Assembly (NCBI GenBank): GCA_010015805.1
Contig: ML978123.1
Coordinates: 1,302,001-1,366,000, forward strand
DNA length: 64,000 bases
Direction of reading: 5' to 3'
Source of the DNA: Rhizodiscina lignyota
Lineage: Eukaryota
Under the pieces are notes generated by a model that searched no databases, was not told the origin of the DNA, and worked only from the letters and a program-made list of their open reading frames with translations. A program made the position numbers and the translations under genes. Within the stretch, counting starts at the first letter, position 1; each line of letters opens with the position of its first letter. This document shows, one piece after another, positions 48,215-58,793 of this stretch.

Positions 48215-51200
48215 TTACCTTGGGGGACCGATGGGGCCAGGGCCGCTCGTAGCATTGCCATTCCCGTTGCCATTGCCATTGCCAGTTCCGCTGAATGGAG
48301 CTGCAGCGCTGACGCTGACACCAATGCCATTGTTGAACGAGTGACTAGTTGATGGGCGTCCACTATCCACACTAGCAACACTTGCCCTTGGATCATAACG
48401 ACTCGTGGGCGTTGTATCGCCCGAGCTCAGTGCACTCAGGCCAGGGAAAGCTGGTGGCTTGCTTTCAAACCTAGCAGCGGCGGCAGAGCTCGGCGCCGGC
48501 CATGGCGCAGCGGAGGTGGAGGTGGGCGTGATGCTGGTACCTAACAGACTAGCACTTGTAGCGTGGCCATTGTGATGATGATGATGATGATCTTCCTCGG
48601 GAAGGTTGATACCGGAATCGTTCCATGGGTTGCGGTATCCTGAGGCCTGCGATTCAAGCGAAGCGAGAGAAGCCAACGAAGCCTTGGAGGCATTTGAGGA
48701 AGCGTGCTTGAACAACGAGCCAGGTGAGTTCGAGCCATTCTTACGCCGTTCGATGAGCGAGCTGAAAGAGGACATGCTGCCCGGCTTCCGGAACTTGGAG
48801 AAGAAACTGCCTTGCTGTTCCCCACCTGCATCATCGCCAAAAGCCGCCCGCGTAGGGCTATCAGTTCCACCGATCGGAGGCTCAGCGCGATGGAGGAGCT
48901 TGCTTTCGAAGAACGGAAGCGACTCCTCGAACGAGTCCGACTTGGGGCGTGGGATAGCACCGCGAACGGTTGAAGCGTCAAGCCCATGAGCAACGAGTTT
49001 CGCAATAAGGAAGTCGATGGCATCCTTCAGACCCCCGGCATTGTTACGCGTGTAGCTTAGCATAAGACACTCCGTGTCCCTGGCTGTCGTATCTTCACCT
49101 TCCTCAACTTCTGAGTCTCTTGGCTCAGGAGGAGTGATGGTGGTTTTCGCCTGCAACGCGACATCTACGACATATTGCGCCTTCATCTTCTCGACAACAT
49201 CGCTTGCAAAGTCGGGGCCGCGGAGGTAGGCCTTTAGATCGGCAGAGGCTGGGAACGAAAGTTCATGGGACTCAGGAACCAGACCCTTGACTTTGTTAGC
49301 AATTTTGCATTCGCTTACATGCAGAGCGAAATCGGCTTACCAAGAACTCGTCCACCGCCTGTGGGACCTGCCACTCCGGTCCCGAAATGGTAATGACATC
49401 GCTCGCTTGTTCCGTGCTGGGAAATATAATCTTACAATTCCATTTCTTTTCCATCTCTTCAATCCGCGGCATCTGGGCAATCAGCTCTCGGTGGAAGAGG
49501 CGGTCCACCACGACGTGCTCCGAAACGAACTCAGCGTCAACCTTTTCAACCATATCCATGATCTCTTGCTTGACAAGGTCCAAGTTCTGCGCGTTCCGGG
49601 CGGGTGTTCGGCAGATGACGTTGTCAACCTTGAAATCGTCTTCCTCCTTACCCACACCTCCTCGGTCCATCGCATTCGAAAACTTGACGAAGACAGAGTA
49701 CTTCTTCATGATGCGTTGAATGTGCTGGCCGCCGATGCCGATGATGCGCTTGTGATATTGATCCGGAACGTGGAAAGATATCGAAGCCGGCATCTCCGCC
49801 TCGACAAGCTCAAGACCACCCTTGATGGCGTCATATTGCTGTCCGCGGACATCGATGTAAAAGTTGTATTCGTTAAAGCCGTCGAATACGATCTGGACGT
49901 TGCTGTGCCCCATAATCTTGTTAATCTTGCCATTCTTTTTGCCGCTGACGAATTCCTTGTGCTCATTGGCAAGCTCAATCTTGACGCCCATAGTATACTG
50001 CGACTTCTTGACGAAGGGAATGTTGGAGATGACCATAAGTGCAGCTTTGACAGCTTCGTCAGAACCGTGAATATGGAAATTGAGTCCTTCAAAGCTGATT
50101 TCAGCCCCAGAGTTGATGCAGATGTCCGAAAGCATGGCCCGCACGTCGCTTGGCGTCGGCTGCCGTTGCGATGGATCAGGTTGGGTGATCCACCATGACG
50201 CTTTGTAGAATTGCGAAGCCTAAAGTGTGAGTGATGTTTCTCGAGGGAGCGGATCCAATCGACTTACTAGAGCCATGACATCTCGCACCGTGCGCTCAAC
50301 ATGGAGAACATCGGTGCCTTGTACCCTAACGTAACCTTGCTGTACCCCAAGTGGTGGCAGCAGGACGTATGAGCCATTGTGCTCGATTATCTTGCGCACT
50401 TTATCCAATCTTTCTAGTATAATGTTGTCCAACTTCGACGACGTGACGAGGACCTCCTTGACGTACGCCTTTGTGTTCAGCACCATGTCGTGCAGTCGCT
50501 TTTTAGCCTGGAAGATCATCTCAGGGCTTTGGCCGGTGATGATGACATCGTCGACGTTTCGCCGGTTCGCACCGTTCGGAGTGTAGCCGTAAATGTGTGG
50601 AAATGGCGGGGGAAAGTATATTGCGGTATTGGTGGCCGATTCGATATGCTTGATGTGCTTGCGTGCTCTGCCGCAGATGAGCGTATGCATGGAGAGTTCG
50701 AGTTGTAATACGTCGACATGGCGGTGAAGCTATTAATCAGTAAGCATTTTCAATGATTCACCAAAGGCAAAATGGCACGTGAGACATACGATTTGATCAA
50801 TCATGACAAGGACACGCGTCTTTGCGTGTTCCGCGCTCTCCATGTCACCATAGATGTGGCATCGAAGTCGGTGGTCCAGATTGTTCTCTATGCCACCAGT
50901 CATGCTTGCCGCCTCATCCACCTGCTTAGGGTGTAACAGGAAGATGTCGGCTTTGCAGTGCTTCGCAACCTCGTCAAGGTGATTCAAGACTGCGGACCGA
51001 ACGCCATTAGAGGTTGGGTCCACGATCAGACCCTCATCGATGTCGACCGTCACGCATCGCTGATAAAAATTAGTAAAAGCCGATGACATCACTTCAAGAG
51101 GCCAAAGTAACGCACCAATGATATTGGCGTTGACGTGAGTATTTTGCCTCGCATCATATTCACCGTCTCGCTCTCGCCGTGCAAGCAGACATTCGTGACC

Positions 51201-51670
51201 AGCGCGTTCAGAGGGCCTCGTTGATAGCCAGGTATGGGTCTCGGCTCGGCGCATACGACAGTCGCTTGTATCCGGCCCTCGGTACTGTCCTGTATCTGCC
51301 TGCACAGATTCCGGAGGTTGTCTACATTTTGAACGTGGACGGGCAGTTCGTGCGTTGGCTTTGGATTGCCCTCGCTGTCCGTGTCTTCCGCGAAGGTCCA
51401 CCGGCCAAAGGCACCGTAGCTCGAGTATATGACATCGTCTCGATCCGGACCCGCGAGACTCGAGTTGAACGGCACGTTGAAGGAGAGAGTGACGATGGCG
51501 TTGGGAGCAGGGCCTGGCGATGCAGAGGCATGGCCGGTCATGGAGCGCTTGATGGGCTGTTGCTGGACGGGCATCTCGTGGTGTGACCGAGACATGCCAA
51601 AGCCCATAGAGGGCGTCATCTTCTCCCAGCCATGACGTGCCTGGCCAGTAAAGTTTGTAATTTTGTGCAT
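48215..51670 (-). CDS. Multi-KH-domain RNA-binding protein (Mug60/YLL032C-like)
   Basis: KH-like segments HTLICGRARKHIKHIE, HKEFVSGKKNGKINKIM, HKRIIGIGGQHIQRIMK. Four introns. Low-complexity tail with a poly-His run. Confidence 0.88.
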
Positions 51671-53331
51671 CTTCTGAGATGCTCACCCTCCAGTGTTGGT
51701 TGATGGAGAGGGTGTGGAAGCGTTGGAGGAAGGGAAGAGGTCGAGGGAAAGTGGGAGAGAGGGCTGAGGTTGTTAGTGGAGCGTGAGAGCTGCAGATTGT
51801 GGGATCCCTGTTGCCACTGTCTGCAGCTGATTCGCCAAGCGTTGCAGGCGACGCAAAGTCCCAGAAGCGGCGTAACGATGCACACAAAAGGTATCAGGGT
51901 CGAAGTGGCTTCGCAGAGGCGTTTAAGAGGCAAGTGGACGAAGTGGTGCCAGATACTCGCTCGAAGCTTGACGTTTAGAAGGCGCGCTCCCCTGTACGGT
52001 GGTGGGCGGGCGCTGTGGGCGAGCCATAAGCGTGCCTGGCCGTCAGCAGCTTCAACGCACAGCACCAAGACCAATGCCGGCCTGGCTTATTCACTGCAAG
52101 CCTTGATAGTATCGTGCAACTTCACGGACGAGCGCTCTATGCTTTCCACCACAGTATTGGCATTTCCAATACGCCGGGCATCATGACGTGCAGGCCTCGG
52201 ACAATGAAGCAGTACCTGCTCAACGGCTGACCTCCAGCCCGAACTCGTAGACCCGCAATAATTGGATTGGGGCTGTGTACGGAGCGAGCTCGAGCATACA
52301 GCACACGATATACTCCTGCACTCTTTCATCTTCTTGGGGAACGAACCTCGCACCTATTGCCAGAAACACAAACGCGCCCAAACATTCCTAACCAAGACGA
52401 TTCTCAAGCCACCAGCCGGCGTGTTCCACTAGAAGGCTGAACAGCCTTCCCTCCACCTCAAGGATGTTTCCAACTCTACCCGCAGGAAGCCGTTATGGCC
52501 GCTGATCGCTGGGCAGGGAACGCGTCTCCAACACCATGGACACGTCCAGTGAAAAGCCCGCCCTTCACAAGCCATCCCAGCCGCGTGAATCGATACTTCC
52601 CAGATCGAGTAGGGCACTAAAACTCAGCAAGCTTTCCCCCTCACTCACCCAGCGGATCCTGCCGGACCATCGCATCGAGATACGACGACAATTTGATAAA
52701 CAAGCCCTTACTTTGGCTGCGAAATCATAGAAAGGCCAAGTTGCATCGTGACATTGGCTGGCTTATTTATTCAACATATTGCATTCTCCATTTAATGCCA
52801 ATCAAACGCAAGCTCTGCATGTGCTACTCTCTGTGCGATATCTGTGTATGACAATATAACCTGGACTCTCCATCACATGCAGACCTCCAATGTGAAGTGG
52901 TCATGTTGGCAGTTGCGACGGAAAGTGTTTCTCTGAAACAAGTCTGCAAAATTATCAACAAAGGAATGTGTTTATGTGGATGTTAGGCTAGCTATAATAC
53001 AGAACTATCCAATCGAAGAGGCTTCCATTCTATGATACAAATGAACGTGATGGACGCTCCAAGTGGAGACACAAGCATGTCTCCACCATTCCAATCTTCA
53101 TCCCCCAGGTATTATGGCACATAGGCCTAAACGCAATTGAAGTCGAAAATGTATCGCAGAACAAAACCAAACTGGCTGACCAGCCCCGAGCAAGCAGAAT
53201 TGAAGTGCAGAGAATGCTCTTCGCAAGGTGAACGTCCGCTCAATGAACGCTCGTGGAAAGACCGTTGTGCCCTGCACAAGGGCGGGCAGAAACGTCGAGG
53301 TGCTGCCATTCGAGACTCGCAATTGTCCCGT

Positions 53332-56049
53332 CTACAATCTGTAATCTCCCCTTCTGCCTCCAGCATACTCATCGAACTCCTCATCATCCACATATCTCCT
53401 GCTCCTACGCACTTGTCCCATCGGCACTGGGGCCGGGCCGTCGTCGAGCGGGTAGTTCTGCACGAATACCTGCGGCTGCGCAGTTCCACGCCTCACGATG
53501 CCTCTGCCCATCTCGTCACCATACACCTCGCGCCTGCCGGGATCAGGCCGAACACTGTAGGCCCTGGCCGGAGGGATAGGCATTGGCGGAGCGAGTTCTC
53601 GCGGAGGGGCTCGAGGTGACGACTCGTCATCGTACCTGATCAACTGTCGTCCCTCTACAGCCTCAGGCAGTGGAACTCTGGGTGGCGGAGGCATTTCCTC
53701 TCTGTCCCTCTCTCTGTCACGGACAGTTTCGCGGGTAAGGTATTCCGGTGGCCTCATCGAATACTCCCTCTGCCTGTATGCCCTATGCTCGACAGCTTCA
53801 ACATCCTCAACATAGCGACGCTGCGGCAGCATTGGCACTGGAGGTGGCGGCATCTCATCGTCGTATACGCGTTGTGGCGGCGGACGATCTCGTGCCATGC
53901 TCATTCTCGAAATGGCGCGCTCGTACACGGGCACTGGGGCCTCGCGCTCATAGAACATGGCTCTCGATTGCGGTCGTATCGGGCCAGGCGGTGCGTCTGG
54001 CGGTGCCGGGGTGGCGTAATAGCGGTTGCCATGCTTATCCTCGATGATGCGCGTGGGAACGGGCGGTGGTGGCATCATACTTGGTCCAGGGCTGGCCACG
54101 CGATCTGCTCGAGCGACCGGATATGCAGGGGCACGCTCGACGATGTACGGTGGAGACCTGGAGCGTTCACGAAGATAGCGCTGAGGCCGGATAGAACCTT
54201 CACGGTATATAGGCTCGAGCGCTGGTGCCGCACCTCGTTCATATGCATATGAAGCTGCACGGACACTACGCTGGGGCTCCACGGCGATGCGATCGTACGC
54301 GGCGGCTGCGTATTGACTGGCACCTGGTCCTGGCGAATATGGTCGTCGCGCATACTGTAGGCTGGCAACACGTCTCAAATCAACGTCATCCCGCTCTACT
54401 CGTCTTGCCATGGATGGCGATGCAACCCGAACGTATGTTGGTGACACTGGCTCGGCATACCGGTAGACAGGTCTGTCGTACTCATCGCGATGATATGCTG
54501 GTCTTGCACGCCACTCTCGCGGTGAAATGACCTCGACATCCTCGTATGGATACTGAACGATTCGTCGCCTAGGAGGCAGCGCTTCAGCGAATGAAGATTC
54601 TGCGAATGGAGGTGGCGAGACCGGCTCATCCTTGATGAACGGGACAGGAGAGGGAGAGGCAGCAGCTTGTCGTCCGCGAGCGGCACGAGAGGGGTTCTTG
54701 CGTAGGGACCTTTTGGGCTCTACCTGTTTTTCTTCTACTTCTGCTCTTTCTTGACGTTTCCGCTTCTTCACCATTTTGAGCTGCTTTTTAGTAAGAGGCG
54801 GCTCAGGCGAAGTTTGCCTTGGCGTGCTGTTTGTCGTGTTTCCAGACCTATTGTTGTCCTCGTTACGAGTCGAGATCTCTGGGCCTGAATCCTCGATGAC
54901 TTGGGCTTGAGATTGAGGGGGAACACGCGCCTGGTCCAATGCCGGGAGCTTACCAAGCGCTAAAGGAGATACACGCGATGGTTGAGGTGCAAACGGCTCC
55001 CGAATGTGACTGCGAATCACAGGAACATTTGCAGCTGGCGGAGAGGGGCGGTTGTATTCGTAGCGGCGATCATACGCTTGTTGAGGGCGCAGTCGATCAT
55101 TCGAAGTAGTTGCAGCTGGTTCTTCGTATGTAGGCTGAGCAACCGGAGCTGCGTCAGGCGGAGGAGGTGAGTAGTCGTCTTCGTCATCTTCGTCTGGAAG
55201 CTCGTCGTAATTGCCAGTGTATCGTGGCCCAGCAGCTACTGGCTCCGGCGGCTGAAGAGCCTGCGTGATACCGGGAATGAAAGACTTCGCGGGTCCGGCA
55301 GCTTGTGCAGCTGGCGCAGTGTCAGTAGGAAATTGAACGCTGGTGCTCGGCTCTGCGCCCTCGGGTGTGTCTTCGGTGGACCAACTCATAGCCTGACTTG
55401 AATAGTAGTCATTCTCATCGAAGCTTTCCTTCTCGCTACCCTCCTCATCTGGTAGACCAGATACTGGCTTGATCACCTCAAGCGCTCGGTTAAGCAACGC
55501 GTCCACATCAAGAGGAACTTCTAATTCGCCATTGGTGTCATTGAATCTAAATCCCTTTGCTGGTTTGTATGCTTTTGCAACTCTCTCTTCCAAGGCTTGC
55601 TCCAAGCGCTGCCTCTTCAGAACAATTTCAGCTCTGATGAGCTCATCGGACTTTGTAAGGAGGATGGGGTCGAAGCTCGAGGCCGAGGAAGTGGGAGGCT
55701 TGGAAGTAGATGTCACAGGGCGACTTTGTTGGACGCGAGGATTGAGAGCGCTTGGGCTTCCAAACGTGACGGCAGGTACAGTACCTGCGGTGTTCGTCAC
55801 CTTGCCATTTGGCAGAGCTTGTGGAGCAGTCGGATTCGGTGCACTCGACACGGCTTGGAGCTGTTTGAAGAAATCTGCAGGTAGCTTGATGCGTGGGTGC
55901 TTGCCGGCAAATACATCGTCCTGAAGGCGAAAGAGGTTCTTATAGAACTGTTGCTTGTTATTCTGGTCAGTTTGAGTAGCTTGCTCGAGCGCCATGCCAG
56001 TGCCATTGACGGGCATCTGCGTCTCGGCCACAGCTGTTCCAGGGGCCAT
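53332..56049 (-). CDS. Large Pro/Arg-rich, mostly disordered hypothetical protein
   Basis: 905-aa intronless ORF; short conserved-looking helices LQDDVFAGKHPRIK and DPILLTKSDELIRAEIVLKRQRLE; basic KKRKR patch; IKDEPVSPPP. Confidence 0.8.
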   Translation of the reverse strand: MAPGTAVAETQMPVNGTGMALEQATQTDQNNKQQFYKNLFRLQDDVFAGKHPRIKLPADFFKQLQAVSSAPNPTAPQALPNGKVTNTAGTVPAVTFGSPSALNPRVQQSRPVTSTSKPPTSSASSFDPILLTKSDELIRAEIVLKRQRLEQALEERVAKAYKPAKGFRFNDTNGELEVPLDVDALLNRALEVIKPVSGLPDEEGSEKESFDENDYYSSQAMSWSTEDTPEGAEPSTSVQFPTDTAPAAQAAGPAKSFIPGITQALQPPEPVAAGPRYTGNYDELPDEDDEDDYSPPPPDAAPVAQPTYEEPAATTSNDRLRPQQAYDRRYEYNRPSPPAANVPVIRSHIREPFAPQPSRVSPLALGKLPALDQARVPPQSQAQVIEDSGPEISTRNEDNNRSGNTTNSTPRQTSPEPPLTKKQLKMVKKRKRQERAEVEEKQVEPKRSLRKNPSRAARGRQAAASPSPVPFIKDEPVSPPPFAESSFAEALPPRRRIVQYPYEDVEVISPREWRARPAYHRDEYDRPVYRYAEPVSPTYVRVASPSMARRVERDDVDLRRVASLQYARRPYSPGPGASQYAAAAYDRIAVEPQRSVRAASYAYERGAAPALEPIYREGSIRPQRYLRERSRSPPYIVERAPAYPVARADRVASPGPSMMPPPPVPTRIIEDKHGNRYYATPAPPDAPPGPIRPQSRAMFYEREAPVPVYERAISRMSMARDRPPPQRVYDDEMPPPPVPMLPQRRYVEDVEAVEHRAYRQREYSMRPPEYLTRETVRDRERDREEMPPPPRVPLPEAVEGRQLIRYDDESSPRAPPRELAPPMPIPPARAYSVRPDPGRREVYGDEMGRGIVRRGTAQPQVFVQNYPLDDGPAPVPMGQVRRSRRYVDDEEFDEYAGGRRGDYRL

Positions 56050-56515
56050 CGCAGGCGGGTCGCCTTGCGCGCTGCTGCAGAAAACGTGTAGTAAGACAAT
56101 AACAGTACTCTACAACATGGAGGGCAATGCAATCGGTAGATCTCACCGCGCGTTATCAGGGCGCTCCATGGTGGCGTTGTGATGCGGATGTTGTTGAAGT
56201 GTTGGAGGTGCGAGGTCGTGAGACTCGAAAAATACACATTCGTTCGCCAAGCCTGGCCCGGGCGGCTGCGACCACGAAACACGAAGTGGCAGGGGTCCCT
56301 AAAACGTGCGTCCTGGCGTTGGTTCCTGGCCCAGCGGCGCGAGATTTCGGGATCCAAAATTCATATTATTCGCATCATACAACTGTCTTCTTAGGTCTCT
56401 CCCTCTTTCTTACCCTCTATTACCTCTCTTTTCGATAGAGCGTCCTCACTCTTTCCGAACATTTCCATTCCCCTGCGTTGACATAAAACCGTGTGCACCA
56501 GCGCTCTACTTCAGA

Positions 56516-57279
56516 ATGGCGGAGTCATCGAGGCCGGTGCTGTTCTTTGACATCGACAATTGCCTCTATTCCAGATCCACCAAAATCCAAGATCTGATGG
56601 GAGAACTCATCGATAGATACTTTGAGGATCATCTTTCTTTGTCTCAAAAAGATGCCAATGAGCTTCACATGAAGTATTACAAGCAATACGGCCTTGCACT
56701 TGAGGGCCTGGTCCGCTACCATAAAGTCGATCCGCTAGAGTACAATTCTAAAGTCGATGATGCTTTGCCTCTGGAAGACATCATCAAGCCGGATCCGCAG
56801 CTCCGGAAGTTACTTCTAGACCTGGATACGACGAAAGTGAAACCCTGGCTCTTCACGAACGCATACATCAATCACGGCAAACGCGTCGTTAAACTGCTGG
56901 GTGTCGAAGACCTCTTTGAAGGTATCACGTTCTGCGACTATGCAGCTGAGACACTGGTGTGCAAGCCGCATAAGGATATGTTCGAGCGGGCGATGAAGGA
57001 GGCAGGAGTCAAGGACGTTCACGACTGCTATTTCGTTGGCATGTACTCCCGCTTCTATTCATTCTGCAGCATCTAACGGAATTCGCAGACGATTCATACA
57101 TGAATACCAAAGCAGCACAAGCACTTGGATGGACTGCCGCGCATTTTGTGGAGCCGTCGTTGGCGTTGCCAGCCCACCAGGCATCACAGTATCAGATACG
57201 GAGCCTTGAAGAGCTCCGCGACATATACCCTCAGTTTTTCAAGAACACGAAAAACGGACATGTGAACGGCGTCTCATGA
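56516..57279 (+). CDS. SDT1: HAD-family pyrimidine 5'-nucleotidase (Sdt1/Phm8-like)
   Basis: FFDIDNCLY, WLFTNA, CKP, and FVDDS (motif IV, formed across the GC-AG intron 57039-57088). Confidence 0.9.
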
Positions 57280-57750
57280 GAGCTCGTCTACTGGCTTCAT
57301 TTGATTGAGATTTCAGGCATTTGACGGCGTCAATGGAGATGGTTTTTGTGTCATGCATTACTGAAGCGTATAGACCTGGTATAGCTCACAGGAAGATTCA
57401 GGTTTCCGTGAGATGAGTAGGTTTTATTCATGGATACCTCACAGATGTCTAACTACAATCTGACTCGGAAGTGCGATGACTGATGCACGCCTTGACGAAT
57501 TCTGCTCATCGTCGGCTTTTGTAACATAGAGCTGGACTGTTCGGATAGCGTGCTTGGGTGCTTCTCCATGACCTACAGAAGTGTCCAATGCTCTAAACCT
57601 TAGAGGGATAATCTCTCATACAGGTCGCACGGCGACAGTCTCTGGCTATCATTTATGGGCGTGGTCGACTCAGGTTACGGCTCGTCGGATATTCCAGAGC
57701 TGGGATGAATCGGACGTCATGTCCCAGCATGCCTAGAGAGGTTCTTCTCT

Positions 57751-58533
57751 TCAGACAGAGCCGCTGTCTTGTTTGCTTTCCGGACCTTCGACCCAGCCAT
57801 CAAGTGTTCCTTGCTCTGCCTCACTCCTCTTTCCCAAGCTGCGACCGTAGTCTTTCCAGAGTTGTTTGACAGTGCATCCAAACAACCCTTTCCAGAATTT
57901 CTCCTCGTCGTACTTTCCTTCTCTGAGCCTCTCGTTGACTGCCATCACCGTTCCGTGGCCAAACCTGCTCTCCAGATAATCCAAAAAGTATCCTGTATGC
58001 TGATAGCCCGCATCCCAATCGCCGTCCATCTCTCTTTTCCAGTGTGGTGGCACAAGACCAGCCCTCAGTCGCACCCAATCCGCAATGCCTTCGATCAAGC
58101 CTCCCGGAGCAGTATTTAAGGAGTTCCATTGCCAGCAGTGGACCATCTCATGCGTGAGCACTCCCATCATCTCTTCCTTCTTTCTCTCCTTTGCGATTCC
58201 GGAAATGTAGTCCGTCGAGAAGTGGATCTCCTTATGGTCATCATCGATGTCCTTCCCAGTTGTATAGGCAACCCCTGGCATAGAGCGGAGGATTAATGTC
58301 ACAGAGCGAGTTCCTGGAATCTGTGAATTAGAGGAGTAAAGAAGGTTGTGTACTGAATTGACTGTTTCTTCGAGGACCGTTCCGCAGTCAATGTGGGAGA
58401 GAAATGCTCGGGCGCCTTCTTCAGAGAGATCTCGTACCTCCAGGCGGAGCAGAGGCTTTGGAGCTTTGGGATGTGGTTTCTTGTTGACGGCAGGTGACAT
58501 AGCGACTTGGAAATAGCGGGGTTGGATTGGCAT
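57751..58533 (-). CDS. BSP (basic secretory protein)-family zincin-like peptidase
   Basis: GVAYT, KEIHFSTDYI, GVLTHEMVHCWQ (HExxH), PGGLIEGIADWVRL, WDAGYQHTGYFLDYLE. Confidence 0.88.
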   Translation of the reverse strand: MPIQPRYFQVAMSPAVNKKPHPKAPKPLLRLEVRDLSEEGARAFLSHIDCGTVLEETVNSVHNLLYSSNSQIPGTRSVTLILRSMPGVAYTTGKDIDDDHKEIHFSTDYISGIAKERKKEEMMGVLTHEMVHCWQWNSLNTAPGGLIEGIADWVRLRAGLVPPHWKREMDGDWDAGYQHTGYFLDYLESRFGHGTVMAVNERLREGKYDEEKFWKGLFGCTVKQLWKDYGRSLGKRSEAEQGTLDGWVEGPESKQDSGSV

Positions 58534-58793
58534 AATTAACGTTTAGGAAATTAATCCGCAGTCTCAATTGATTAATTGAGGATATGTAAGGGAATCCGTT
58601 GATGCAATATAAGGCGGGGTAGCTGTATATATAGGTTGGTCGATGTTGTTGAAAACAAGGTCGGGTGTTGCGCAGTGGACCAGAAAGGTGGGCCCGGTTA
58701 TTCGACCAGGGTTTGTTTACGTGAAAGCCTGCGCGACGACATCACTCCAAGACCGCAACCACAACCTCGCCAACATCACGACTGAGTAAAGCA

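Noticed and set aside
49287..50198. 303-aa plus-strand ORF and other long antisense ORFs such as 5050-5685 and 16182-16781
   Set aside because: They lie opposite well-supported genes and read as antisense shadows of codon bias with no protein motifs.
56306..56515. Long N-terminal extension of the SDT1 ORF in the track (similar extensions at 32351 and 17102)
   Set aside because: These start at non-ATG or poorly supported codons and read like pyrimidine-rich UTR; family similarity begins at the downstream ATG.
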